Assembly: GCA_017654855.1 (NCBI GenBank)
Contig: CM030335.1
Span: forward strand, 2,356,001-2,420,000
Source: Podospora anserina
Taxonomy: Eukaryota
Direction of reading: 5' to 3'
DNA length: 64,000 nt
Part shown: piece after piece, positions 23,257 to 35,252 of the stretch
Position numbering within the stretch: the stretch's first letter is position 1
Layout: the number at the start of each line of letters is the position of its first letter
Notes under the pieces: model-generated
What the model saw: the letters and a program-made list of their open reading frames with translations, nothing else
The model's database searches: none
What the model was told of the DNA's origin: nothing
Made by a program: the position numbers and the translations under genes

Positions 23257-25476
23257 ATGAACGAAACTCTCATCCCGCCGGGGATCGGCGGCGAGTCCGC
23301 CGCCCTAAGCCCCATCGCCATGTTGGACTACCTCTTCCCCGGCTTCACCCTCCTCGCCAACTTTCTGCAATCCCACCTCGGCATCAACCTCAACCTCTAC
23401 ATCCCCGTTATTATGTCCTTTTCCTTCGTCGCCGCCGCATGGCGCTATCTGTCGTCATACCTCAACGACCTGATGGAATCCTACCTCATGTCCGTCGTCG
23501 ACGTCCGCACCGACGACGAAATCTACAACATGCTCATGGGGTGGGTCGCCCAGCAGACGTTCTCCCAAGGCGCCCGGCGGTTTGTGGCAAACACCAACCT
23601 CAACTCGAGGATGTACTGGTGGATGTGGGGGTCCAGCGACGACGACGACGAAGATGACGGAGCCGAGATTGACGAATCCGGCTGTGTGGTCACCAAGAAG
23701 AAGAAAAAGGCTCTGGCTTACACGCCCACGTTTGGGAGTCACTGGTTTATCTACAAGCGCCGCCTGCTCATCTTCAAGCGCCAGCAGCCCGCGACACAAA
23801 GCCCTTTTTACACCACCAGCGAGAGGGAAGAGATCTCCATCTCTTGCTTTGGGAGAAACCCCTGGGTGTTGAAGGAGTTGCTCAACGAAGCGAGAAGCAT
23901 GTACCTCAAGCGCGACGAGGCCAAAACTCTCATTTACCGCGGCGCACTTAAGGGGACCGGGTTGGAGCCCACCTGGCAACGTTGCATGGCGCGCACCTCC
24001 CGCCCCTTCTCCACTGTCATCCTCAATGAGGACGTAAAGAAGAAGCTCATCGACGATGTGACTGATTACCTCAACCCTGCCACGAGGAGGTGGTACGCCA
24101 ACCGAGGCATCCCCTACCGCCGCGGGTATCTCCTCTGGGGCCCCCCAGGCACAGGGAAGTCATCCCTCTCCCTCGCGTTGGCAGGCTTCTTCAAAATGAG
24201 AATCTACATCGTCTCTTTGTCCTCCATGACCGCCACAGAAGAAAACCTCGCCTCCCTCTTCGCTGAACTCCCCCGGCGGTGCGTCGTGCTGCTGGAGGAC
24301 ATTGACACGGCCGGCCTGACCCACACCCGCGACCCTGCTTCCCAACCTGATTCCTCCTCCCCCGGCGGCGAACCCCCCCTCCTCCTCGCCGCCCCCCCAG
24401 TCCCGGACCCGAAAGGTAAACCCACCTCCCTCCCCGGCCGCCTCTCCCTCTCAGGCCTCCTCAACATCCTCGACGGCGTCGCCAGCCAGGAAGGCCGCGT
24501 GTTGATAATGACGACCAACCACCTCGAGAAACTCGACAAGGCCCTCATCCGCCCCGGCAGGGTAGACATGCAAGTCAAATTCGACAAGGCGGACACCTCC
24601 ATGGTTGCCGCCATCTTCCGCGCCATCTACGCCCCCCTTGAAGAAGACACCGCCCCCGCCCCGCTATCTTCATCTCAATCCCCTGCTCTTGCCGCGCTCG
24701 AGAAAAGACTCAACCCTCGTTCCGACGCCTCCCGGAAAGAAAAGGACGAGAAAAAACAAGAGGTCTTGAACAAAGTCGACGCCCTAGCAAAAGAATTCGC
24801 CTCCAAAATCCCCACCATGGAGTTCTCCCCTGCCGAGATCCAGGGTTTTCTCCTGAAAAATAAACGCAACCCTGAAAAGGCCGTCGAGGGGGTGGAGGAG
24901 TGGCTTGTTGTTGCGAGGAAGGAGCAGAAAGAAAGAGAGGTGGAACAGGCCAAGAAGAAGGAGGAGGAGGCGAAGAAGGCGGCGAAGAAGGCTGCGAAAA
25001 AGGCAAAGAAGAAGGCTGCGAAGAGGAAGGCGAGGGGGAAGAAGAGGAGGGGGGATGATACCACTGAGAGTGAGGACGGGACGGACAGTGAGAGCGGGAG
25101 TGAGGCGGAGGAGAGTGATAGTGAGGGGAGCGAGAGTGAGGAGGAGAAGACGAAAAAGAAGAATAAGGAGGGGAAGAGGACTGAGAAGAAGAAGAAGGGG
25201 AAGGAAAAGGAGAAGAAGCTGGCGGTGGAGGTTAGGGTTGATACACCCCCTCCGAGCGGCTCTGAAGCCGACAAGGGGGCCGTGCCTGAACTCAAGCTGG
25301 ATGAGAAGCCCGCTGCTGCTGTTGTTGTTGCTGCTCCTCCGGCGAAGGCGATGACGATTGATACAAAAAAGGCTAATGAGGAGGAGGTGGAAAGGGCGCA
25401 GGTGTCGGGGGATTCGGGGTATGGTGCTACTGCTGCTGAGAGGGATGCTGCTGCTCCCGTTGAGGTGGTTGCTTGA
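23257..25476 (+). CDS. BCS1-like AAA ATPase with a long Lys/Glu-rich C-terminal tail
   Basis: BCS1_N-like region, WYANRGIPYRRGYLLWGPPGTGKSS (Walker A), VVLLEDID (Walker B), LSGLLNILDGVASQEGR, LDKALIRPGRVD, FSPAEIQG. Start placed at ACCACCATG (23257). Confidence 0.92.
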   Translation: MNETLIPPGIGGESAALSPIAMLDYLFPGFTLLANFLQSHLGINLNLYIPVIMSFSFVAAAWRYLSSYLNDLMESYLMSVVDVRTDDEIYNMLMGWVAQQTFSQGARRFVANTNLNSRMYWWMWGSSDDDDEDDGAEIDESGCVVTKKKKKALAYTPTFGSHWFIYKRRLLIFKRQQPATQSPFYTTSEREEISISCFGRNPWVLKELLNEARSMYLKRDEAKTLIYRGALKGTGLEPTWQRCMARTSRPFSTVILNEDVKKKLIDDVTDYLNPATRRWYANRGIPYRRGYLLWGPPGTGKSSLSLALAGFFKMRIYIVSLSSMTATEENLASLFAELPRRCVVLLEDIDTAGLTHTRDPASQPDSSSPGGEPPLLLAAPPVPDPKGKPTSLPGRLSLSGLLNILDGVASQEGRVLIMTTNHLEKLDKALIRPGRVDMQVKFDKADTSMVAAIFRAIYAPLEEDTAPAPLSSSQSPALAALEKRLNPRSDASRKEKDEKKQEVLNKVDALAKEFASKIPTMEFSPAEIQGFLLKNKRNPEKAVEGVEEWLVVARKEQKEREVEQAKKKEEEAKKAAKKAAKKAKKKAAKRKARGKKRRGDDTTESEDGTDSESGSEAEESDSEGSESEEEKTKKKNKEGKRTEKKKKGKEKEKKLAVEVRVDTPPPSGSEADKGAVPELKLDEKPAAAVVVAAPPAKAMTIDTKKANEEEVERAQVSGDSGYGATAAERDAAAPVEVVA

Positions 25477-26034
25477 GAAAGGTGAGGGAGGATGATGTAT
25501 GATATAATATGGGTTGTGATATGGGATGGGTAAGGAAAGAAGGCTTTATTTTGCCTTGGGATTTTTATGTGCATCTAGGGGGCGTTTCTTAGCATACTAC
25601 ATACATACTACGTTTAAGTGCGTCGAGTGTTGAGCATTCTACTAGAAGAGCTGGAAAATTACGAACAAAAATGAAAATGATTCAATGGATGGTGGAGATC
25701 AATCGTGAGTGAGTGATATGTTTTTGTGAGCATGAGTGTAGAAAAGTGTGCTGAGCGTGTAAGAGGTTGTGAGAGGGCAGTGAGAGGATGAAAAGTGTGT
25801 GAGTGTGTAAGAGGATCAGTGGAATGAGAGATGATGAGTGTGTGAGGGAGGGTTGTAAATGTCAAGAGTGTATAGTGAGTGTGAATGACCAAGTGACACT
25901 GTGTGTGACAGTCTGACGAAAATGAAAATGAGGGCTACCTGGAAGAACCTCCGTGATCGGTGCCCCCCCTGTAGATTGATAAGATTATCTCTGCCAGGGA
26001 ACCACCATCATGTCACGCAATCAGCTCCACCGCC

Positions 26035-26583
26035 TCACGAGGGTGGTTGCAATAAGAAAAGGCTCGTGCCCGCCTGAGCTGCCTCAAGATCGATACGATA
26101 AATAGTGGGGTTGATGAAGGTTGACCTTGCCAAGCCACAGTGAGGACGTAGGAGAGACGCATCATCATCATCATCATCATGGAAACTCGAAATGCTCGGT
26201 GAATATCTCTCTGATGATGGTGATCGAGACGGCGGGTATTCTCCTAAATGGGAACTTGACCGGTTCGGTTCCAACTCAGCCACCTGAAGGGGAGGGGATG
26301 GTGGGATGCATCGGGGGAGGCGGGCTGGGTTGTTCCTGCAGAGGCGAACGACACGATGGGGGTTGGTCGTGTCGATCTGGCGAATGGGAGGGTTTTGTAG
26401 TATTTTTTTGTAAGACCCTGAATCACAAAAGTTGGTCGAGGGGCGGGCACAAGGGGCTCTTGTCGCGGTTACCGTTGCCACGACCCGAGGGACCATGTAC
26501 ATACGTACGTACAATGAGATTTTTTTTTTAATTCCCTCTTTGATGCTCCAGCACGAAAACTCAAGGCCGGACGACTGGGACAT
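26035..26583 (-). CDS. Possible small lineage-specific ORF divergent from ERG13
   Basis: 182-aa ORF with an ATG start. The C-terminal half looks protein-like (SPSISSFHDDDDDD..RIDLEAAQAG) but no family is recognised. Confidence 0.2.
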   Translation of the reverse strand: MSQSSGLEFSCWSIKEGIKKKISLYVRMYMVPRVVATVTATRAPCARPSTNFCDSGSYKKILQNPPIRQIDTTNPHRVVRLCRNNPARLPRCIPPSPPLQVAELEPNRSSSHLGEYPPSRSPSSERYSPSISSFHDDDDDDASLLRPHCGLARSTFINPTIYRIDLEAAQAGTSLFLLQPPS

Positions 26584-27934
26584 GGTGATGGTGGGCCCGT
26601 TCTGGGTTGTCTCCGGTTATTTTCTCCGTTGCAGTTCCCGAAGGAGGGATTTCCAGAGAGGGATATCGACGGCGTGAACCTCAACGGCTGTCGATGGTTT
26701 TGGAGTACGACACCGGATCAGCTGCTGTGCTCTTCGACCTGTCTGGTCAGTGTACCACCAGAGCAAAGACGGGTATTTAGTAAATAGAGACTCTTTTAGT
26801 AGTCACCGGCGAGGCTTGTCAGTCACAAGCCTCTCCAACATCGAAAAACGACCGCAAGCTCCAACGTCGTTGAACTGGGCAGTGGGTTCAACTCCGTCAA
26901 ACTGGGCTGGCTGGTGGGGATTTTTCTTTATCAATCTTGCATGAAACCTCCACTTCAGAGATTAGATCCGCGCAAGGCCGACGAGGGAAACCCACAGCGG
27001 GGGGAGAAGGCCGACAGAGGGACCACGAGAGAGGGACCACGAGAGAGTCGAGGGTTGGTGGTGACTGGTGAGGCACTCGAGACGACATGTGTGTGGTGGT
27101 TGCGCGTCCGACATCGTCCCCAAGAAATATCGTATGGCGTGTCTGGCGGGGAGACGCCCACGTACGTCCTTGCTAGTATTGTGTTGGAACCCGGCAGGAG
27201 GTATTGTTCCCTGTCCGTTGTCCACCTCCCGTTGTCCACCCCCCGTTGTCACCCGCCGTTGTCCCCGTCGCCGTCCCCGCTGTGGTCAAAGTATTTGAAC
27301 CTCCCGCATCCTCATTCTGTCGGTGTTGTGCCTTGTCTCTTGTGTTCCCTATCATTTTTATTCTTTCTCGAAATCCTAGTTCCTGGTGCTGTGTAGTTGT
27401 ATACATACCCTTCTCCAACATCCCCAACTCCAACAGAGGAAAAATAGAGATAAGACGAGAGACAGGTACAGTTGCCCCCACTCTTTTTTTTTTTTTTTGT
27501 TTCCTGTCACCTCAGACAGCCACAGACATTCGTGACACTCTGGTTTGTCGAATATGCAGATCTACCACATCACCGCCATCTGTTGTTCCATTCCTCAAAA
27601 ATCGATAGCCAATATTGGACAGATATTGGGAAGACTGCTGGGGCAAGAGATAGTGGGGTCTGCTTAGGTGGTTCCTCGTTCCTCAATGGGCAACAAAAGG
27701 CGGTGACCAGGACAGCTCCAGCAAAACATTAGATGAGCCCACTTTGAGCGCTAGCTGACTACCCCTCCAAAAGTCTAAAGACCCTCCGTCTCCCGCCTCA
27801 CGTCCCATCTCCTCGTCCCTTTTTTTTACGACACGACTCCCCCCCCCAACAAACAAACGCTCGCCGAACCCAATTGCACCCTCCAGCACCCTCCAGCACC
27901 TTCCAGTTACCTCCCAGCACCTCCTCTCAGCACC

Positions 27935-29758
27935 ATGGCCTCCCGTCCCCAGAACATTGGCATCAAGGCCATCGAAATCTACTTCCCCAGCCAGGTCAGT
28001 TTACGCTACTGAGAGACGACGAGTCAACAAACTGTTCTGGTTCTGGTTCTGGTTCTGGCTCTGGCTTTGGACCCAACATCGCTGACAGCTGTCACGGGCA
28101 TAGTATGTGGAGCAAGCCGAGCTTGAAAAGTTCGATGGCGTTAGCACGGGCAAGTATACAATTGGTCTCGGCCAGACTAAGATGAGCTTCTGCGACGACC
28201 GTGAGGGTATGTGTTTATTATCTCCATCTCTAGCAACACAACACTTCACTTCACTTTTGCCTCCCCAACAAAATTCAACAACACCCCATCGTTACACAGA
28301 GAATTTTACCCCCTGCTGTGGTGTGTGGTGCCTTGTCTTTATTGCGTTGCGCCACCACCGGGATCCTGTTCCCCAGCCCCTGGGCGGCAGGCGTCGGACA
28401 GTGGGGTATCCATGGCAGTGGGGGGGCTCGTTGTGTTGTGGTGGTATTCAGGGGCTGACATGCGGGCCCCGCCTTTCTAGATATCTACTCGTTCAGCTTG
28501 ACCGTCGTGTCCAACCTCCTCAAGAAGTACAACATCGACACCAACTCGATCGGCCGTCTCGAGGTCGGTACCGAGACCATCCTCGACAAGTCCAAGTCGG
28601 TCAAGTCGGTGTTGATGCAGCTGTTTGGCGACAACACCAACATTGAGGGTGTCGACACAGTAAACGCCTGCTACGGCGGCACCAACGCCGTTTTCAACTC
28701 TGTCAACTGGATTGAGTCTTCTGCCTGGGATGGCCGCGATGCCATTGTTGTTGCCGGTGATATTGCCCTCTACGCCAAGGGCAATGCCCGCCCGACTGGT
28801 GGTGCCGGTGCCGTTGCGCTCTTGATTGGTCCTGATGCGCCCATCGTTTTCGAGCCCGGCATGCGTGGCAGCTACATGCAGCACGCCTATGACTTCTACA
28901 AGCCCGACCTCACCTCCGAGTATCCCTATGTTGATGGCCACTACTCCATCAACTGCTACTCCGAGGCCCTCGACGGTGCTTACCGCGCCTACTGCAAGCG
29001 CGAGGCCCAGCTCACCAAGGGCGTCAACGGCCATGCGAACGGCAACGCCAACGGCGTAACAGACGACATCCTCAAGACTCCCCTTGACCGCTTCGACTAC
29101 ATGGCTTTCCATGCCCCTACCTGCAAGCTCGTGCAAAAGTCGTATGCCCGCCTCCTCTACCACGACTACCTTGCCGACCCTGAGCACAAGGCCTTCGCCG
29201 AGGTTCCCGCCGACATCCGCGACATGGACTACAAGAAGTCTCTGACCGACAAGGTTGTCGAGAAGACCTTCATGACCCTCACCAAGAAACGCTTCCAGGA
29301 GCGCGTCAACCCCGCCATCCAGGTTGCTACTCTTTGCGGTAACATGTACTGCGCCAGCGTCTGGGGCGGTCTTGCCAGCTTGATCGGCCACGTCGACAGC
29401 GCCAACCTCCAGGGCAAGCGCATCGCCCTCTTCTCCTACGGCTCCGGTCTTGCCGCCTCCTTCTTCTCTTTCCGCATCAACGGCAGCACCGAGACCATTT
29501 CCAAGACTCTTGACATTCCCCAGAGACTTGTCGCTCGCCGCACCGTCCCCCCAGAGACCTACGACTCGGTATGTCTCCTCACCTTTTGACTGTCAGGTAA
29601 CCATTGCTAACTTGTCTCAGATGTGCGACCTCCGCAAGAAGGCCCATCTCCAGAAGGACTACGTCCCCACCGGCGAGGTGTCCACCATTGCCCCCGGCAC
29701 CTACTACCTCGAGAAGGTCGACGACATGTTCAAGAGGTTCTACGCCGTCAAGGAGTAA
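27935..29758 (+). CDS. ERG13: HMG-CoA synthase. Exons 27935-27994, 28104-28206, 28481-29568, 29621-29758
   Basis: [37 protein letters not shown], catalytic [32 protein letters not shown]. Three canonical introns keep the frame. Confidence 0.97.
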
Positions 29759-30260
29759 ACCAAGAAGGACTAAAACGAAACAAAAAGCATGGATGATGAA
29801 TATATACCAAGAGAGGAGGAAGTAATATTTTGTGTTCAAAGACAAAAGACGGGAGGCGGCATTACATACCCATAGACGACGACTGGAGGACCGGCCGGAT
29901 GCCGGTAGTCGGATATTATATTGGGAATGGTACTGGGATACGGGTTGGACGGGACGGGACGGGATAGGAAAGGTGGGGTGGGAGGACGTAATAGAGCGTT
30001 TAATACCATGATTTCATTCTTGCGGTTGTTGGTGTATCATGAGTGTTTTGTTGCCTGAGGTTTGAGCCGGCGTTCAGGGGGTGGTGGTGGGGCGGCTGGA
30101 CGTTTGGTGTTGCTGGATATTGTTGAATGTACGGTCAGGATCGGATGTCGTGTCGATGGACGATGGGATGGAACGGTTGTATGTTTGAAGTGTCCTGATA
30201 TCTATTGTGAGATGTTCTATGGAAATGGGAACATTAAACCTCTTTGTCCTCTGATATCTA

Positions 30261-31606
30261 CTACAACTTTGACTTGTCTCCCCCTTCCTTCTTGGGCTTC
30301 CTTACCGGCCGTCCCCCCATCCACCCCTCAAACTCCTCACTAATCACCCACTTTTCCTCGTCTCTCTTCTTGGCCCACCGCTTAAACTCTTCCTGCTCCC
30401 TCCTCCAGTGCTCGAGGTCCTCGACGAGGAAGTCAGCGGCGTAGGTGGCGACCTCGGTCGTCCTCTCCATTGGGACAAGGTGGCCGTACCCCTCGATGGT
30501 AACAGCTTTCACCCTTCCGTTCTTCGCGCCTCCAGAACCGCCCGGACCGACGCCGGTCAGGTCGAGCTTCTCCTGCCGGACGTCGGGCGGGTTGACGTTT
30601 GACTCTGAGCCGAAAATCCAGATGCAGCCCGGCCGGAGGTGGGGGAGCTTGTTCGCCGTTGCTGGGCCGCCTTCGGGGCGGTAGAAGGGGAAGTCGGGGT
30701 TTTCATGCACGACTTCGTCTGCGTCGGGGATGAGATCCCAGTCAAGTTCGTGTTTACCCCCTCCCATCAACTTCTGACGGATGGGGCGGTAGTAGGTGAA
30801 ACTCTCCATGTGTTTGGTTGTCAACAGTGTGACTGAGCCAGCAGGGGCGTCGGGGTAGATTCTTGTGGGGGTTGGTCGGAGGCCGTGTTCGAGCCAGGAG
30901 TTGAACACGCGGGGGTCCCAAGTGCGGTAGAAGGGGTTGGATTGGAAGGCTGATTTGGCGGCGGCGAGGGAGGGCCAGATGTCGCGGCGGAAGGCGGAGG
31001 CTTTCATGGGGGCGAAGCCGTATTTAGGGCCTTTGGATTGGAACCTGGAGAGGACCGGGTCCAAAAGGATGAGGGAGGAGAGGAGGCGGGGGTGGAGGAG
31101 GGAGAGGTTGACTATGATGTTTGCGCCGAAGGAGTGCCCGACACCGATGAGGGGGCGGGGGAGGGAGTGGCGGAAGTGATTGGTCAGGTGGAGGAGGTCG
31201 CGGGTGTGGTCTATCCACGAGGCTATGCGATTGTTAGCACCATGAACAGTGGATTGGGTGGAGGTGTGGGCATACGGTCGTTGCCTAGGTTGGCTTCGTT
31301 GAGGATGCCGGATTGGCCTTGGTGAGTTACGTCTGCTATCCAGATGCCGCGGATTTGGACGCCGCGGCTGTTGAGGAGGGATAGGAGGTCTTCCCAGAGG
31401 GGCTCGTAGAGTTCTTTGGGGAAGCCATTTGCGTGGGCGGCGATGATGGAGACGTCGCCGGGGGAGGGGGTGAGGTTGTTGAGGGGGATGTATTGTTTCA
31501 CGGCGAGGAGGAGGGGTTCTTCTTGGGAGTGGGCGGTGGCGTGGGGGTATTCGCGGATGTGTTGGGATTCGATGGTGTGGTTCTTGATCAGGAATGAAGA
31601 GGCCAT
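30261..31606 (-). CDS. Peroxisomal alpha/beta-hydrolase (Lpx1/MpaH-like). Exons 31606-31276, 31222-30261
   Basis: AHANGFPKELYEPLW, nucleophile elbow GVGHSFGA, GHLVPME, and C-terminal PTS1 SKL. A 53-nt intron joins the two ORFs in frame. Confidence 0.88.
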
Positions 31607-32205
31607 TTTGGCGGTTGGCTGGGTTGGAAGTGAACAATGAGAAGAAGTGAAGGGTGAGTTTGTGAGATGTGAGGTTGCATATGTAAGTCAAGGATCAGTT
31701 TACCCGTTCAGTTTAGTTCGGTTATGTGGCTTGGTCAAGGTGGACGGCAGTCTACGCGAGTGAGAGAGGGTGGTTTTATGTACTGGTTGGCAGTCGTAAA
31801 ATCACAAGAGAGATTCAATTGAGATATGATTCCATCGACACGCGAATTCCGTATCTCTCTCTCATATGAAGCTCATGTGAGGTTGAGATGCATCAATGCA
31901 AGGCAGGCTGTTATAGGTGCCGGCCAACAGTGAGGTTCGCTTGGGGAGACCCCAGATGGGAAAGTGCCGAGGCATGCAACGCCCCGCGGGAAAACCAAGA
32001 CCCACGGCCGCTTCCCCGGATTTGAATTCCGTTCGGCAACGGGACCGGGGCCGGAAAACGGGCCTAAAGGACTTGACTTGTGAAGCCGATGGGTTTGCTT
32101 TGTCAGTTGGAAGTGTTTTGTTCCTCAAAGTTTTGAGAGCAGTGCACAGCAAGGATAGCGCAGACTTGAATTGAAAAGCCGTCGTTGGTCTCCAACGAAT
32201 TATGA

Positions 32206-32279
32206 GGTTCCGTGGTGTAGTTGGTTATCACGTCAGTCTAACACACTGAAGGTCTCCAGTTCGAGCCTGGACGGAATCA
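32206..32279 (+). tRNA. tRNA-Val(AAC), intronless
   Basis: Acceptor stem GGTTCCG/CGGAATC, D-arm with TGGTGTAGTTGG, anticodon arm TCAGT-CT-AAC-AC-ACTGA, T-loop GTTCGAGCC, downstream T-runs. Confidence 0.97.
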
Positions 32280-33346
32280 AACCACATGTCTTTTGCCTCC
32301 TCTCTACATAGGAGACCAGTCTTTTTTTTTTGCCTGCCAACCAGCGTGAGATGATTCTGACTCTCGATTTTGCTATTCCTTCCAAACTGTAGTTGTTCCA
32401 CCTATACCTTGGCTCCTCCCCCTCCCTCGCTCCTTCCTCTTTAACGTCCTCACGCCTTCCTCTGTGACACCCTCACGCCTTCCTCTTCAACCCTTTCGCT
32501 CCTTCCTCTTCACCACCCTCCCCTCCCCACGCACGGCCCCTTTACACACCTCCTCCAAATTAGCAACCGTGCAAGGGCCACCCAGCCCCCTTCCTATAAG
32601 TTCCTCCCACACCCTTCTCTTTTCTCCTTTTGTCCTCATATACCAGGAGTATCCTGTACCAGATTTACTGGCCGGCAACCCAAGGAGATCAAGAACGTTC
32701 TTGGGCGTTGCATGATGATACTGGTTTCTTTTTTTTTTTTTTTTTTTTTTTTTACCCCCATCTGCTCTTTCTGTCCTTTTCCCTTTCAGATGGGGGGTCG
32801 TTATTGAATTGCTCTGACCTTTGGGGAGGGTGTATTTCAAGGCTATAATTTCTGCTGGCTTTTTTCTCTTTTGAGGAGAGATGAAAAAAAAAATTTTCGT
32901 TATGGACTTGACTTTTGTTGGGCCATGAGGAAGATTGGGTTGGTGTCTGTAGGTGGTTATTGCTTGTGAAGTTGTATGTGAAGTTGAATGTTGAGATGTT
33001 GGAGGCATAGGGAGAGAGGAGAAGAGTTGCATGCACCTGCTTTTCATATCAAAATATCACGCTATCCTGACCTGGTTATTAGAGAGTCACCTCTCTTGCT
33101 GTAGTAGTTTACAGTTCTCGTGTTGTTGTTCTACTGACTTGCAATGTCCATGTGTGGTGCTTTCAATCTCACTCTTGTTTGATCCATTTGTCGACAGGAA
33201 AAGCCACATACAAAAGTCTCCAATTGTTCAAATAAGTATCAACACTCACATCGTCGATATGATAATTGCTTGCTTGTTCATTTACTCGCTTAAACAGCCT
33301 AGACTGCACGGCTCTTTTTTCCCAAGACTTGAATCAAGCCTCTTGC

Positions 33347-34420
33347 TTAAACCTGCCCTTCCTTTTCCGCCTCCTTCTTCTTCTCCGTCACATTACTACT
33401 CCCATCATCACCACCCCCTCCCCCAAGAACATCCCCCAACTCCTCCAAAAACCTGCTGGCCTCCCTCTCCGCCTTCTTCACCCCCATCTCCCTCCTCCTC
33501 CCCTCAATCTCCCTCCTCCTCCTTTCCATCTCCTCCCTCCTCCTCAGCTTCTCCCTTTCCCTCCCCTCCCTCTCCCTCTTCGTCCGTTTCCTTTCCTCCT
33601 CCAACCCCTCCATCTCCTTCTGCCTCGTCTCCCCATCCTGACTAAACTTGTAGAACCCCACCCCCTTGGTCCGTATCTCCCAATTAGCATCATAATGCGT
33701 CTCCGGCGGCGGCGTAGCACTCCTATCCCTCTTCCTCGCCAACTCCTCCATCTGATTCGTCTCCTCAAACGCCCGAGCCTGGATGGTATCCCCAAAGATA
33801 AGATCAGAGGGCACAGCGACAGGGCGGCCGGCCATTTTCTCCAGGTCGATTTTCGAGGCGGCCGCGCGGTCGAGGGCTGCTTTTTGGGAGGGGGTTAGGA
33901 GGCGGGTTCGGCCGTAGGTGTCGGTGTATTCGATTGTGGCTTCTTCTTCTTCTTCTGGTTCGGAAGAGGAGGAGGAGGAAAGGACTTCTGGGGGGCCGGG
34001 GTTGGATTCTGCCCATTTACGGTCGAAATCTACGAGGCCGTATTCTTTGCCTATGTAGTCGCCTCTTTGCATGGCGGCGTAGAGGCGGGATTTGGATTCT
34101 AGGCGTTGACGGGAGCGGGCTAAGTCTTCGAGTTCGGAGGAGGAGGAGGTGGTGGTGGTGGTGGGGGATTTGAGGGTGAGTTTTTCATCTTGGTCTTTTG
34201 GGGGGTTTTTGCGTTTGATTTTGACTGATTTGAAGAGGTCTTCGGTTTTGGATTTGGAGGGGCGGGGGCGGCTGGTGGACGGGGTGGATGAGGACGAGGC
34301 GAGGAGGGAGGTGAGTTGGGAGGTGAAGGCGAGGGAGCCGGAGAGGTCGGTGGGGGAGGATTTCTTTTGTTTTTTGGGGGGTGGTTGGCCGTATAAGTGA
34401 GGGTCTTGGGGACGGGGCAT
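33347..34420 (-). CDS. CCDC174/DUF4078-like coiled-coil nuclear protein
   Basis: LESKSRLYAAMQRG, LVDFDRKW, IEYTDTYGRTR, HYDANWEIRTKGVGFYKFS and an Arg/Glu coiled-coil tail. Confidence 0.8.
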   Translation of the reverse strand: MPRPQDPHLYGQPPPKKQKKSSPTDLSGSLAFTSQLTSLLASSSSTPSTSRPRPSKSKTEDLFKSVKIKRKNPPKDQDEKLTLKSPTTTTTSSSSELEDLARSRQRLESKSRLYAAMQRGDYIGKEYGLVDFDRKWAESNPGPPEVLSSSSSSEPEEEEEATIEYTDTYGRTRLLTPSQKAALDRAAASKIDLEKMAGRPVAVPSDLIFGDTIQARAFEETNQMEELARKRDRSATPPPETHYDANWEIRTKGVGFYKFSQDGETRQKEMEGLEEERKRTKREREGREREKLRRREEMERRRREIEGRRREMGVKKAEREASRFLEELGDVLGGGGGDDGSSNVTEKKKEAEKEGQV

Positions 34421-35252
34421 GGTTGTGGTGGTGTAAGAACGTGACTGATAGTGGTGAGAACGGTGTGAGAGGTGGGTATTTATTTGGTGATTGACTGTAT
34501 AAGTTGAATCGTCAGTTGTCGGAACAGAAAGATGTTGATGAGTTGATGAGGTGAGCTATGTCAAAGTGAATCTTCAGATGAAGTGAGATCGCACAGTGCG
34601 CGCCCAGCTCCCGTCAGCTTCCCCAGACAGTGGATCTGGCACTAAAACAGGGGTGCTAGCACTGCTGGCGCATCTTGGCACCTTTCACCCAGCGTGCGCC
34701 TGACATTCCGTCGTCATGCATCTCGGCCACCTCGCACAAGCATGCTTCGGCTCGGAGCTCTTCTTCCACCGTCGTCCGGACTTGACTTTGGCACCGGCAT
34801 GCCATCTTTCATCCCTAGCAACTGCGCAGACTAAACCCAAGAGAACGGCACGGTATCTAACCCGCATAAACCTTGGTGCATCGTGGCCTCCCTTCGTTAA
34901 CCCCCACGCGCTGCCCACTCCTTTTTTCATTCTTCCCTTTCTCTTTTATAAGCTTGACATAGGTGGCCCTGATGGAAGTGTATCGCGACCGAGGAAAGAA
35001 CACCATCGGCACATGTCCCAACAGCTAGTTCCCTACCTACGCATTGCTTCTCCTAAATCCCGATACGATCACGCTCCTTTTACGATATAATACACCAGAT
35101 ATACCCCTGCTGCATAGCTCATCCTCTTGACAACGCGACCGGCATTCGAGCGTCCATTGCTACTACGATACCCCATTGCTTACCCTCTTACCTACTCGGA
35201 CCTCCGTGTTATCTACCTCATCTCCATCACCAGTCTTAGGAACACATCCGCG

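Noticed and set aside
27935-31606. ERG13 plus alpha/beta-hydrolase as a secondary-metabolite cluster
   Set aside because: No PKS, NRPS, terpene cyclase, P450 or cluster regulator in the window, and the neighbours are housekeeping genes.
32400-32753. Protein-like minus-strand frame with ~22-bp degenerate repeats next to a 25-nt T run
   Set aside because: No start codon or splice model, and no recognisable family. At best a fragment.
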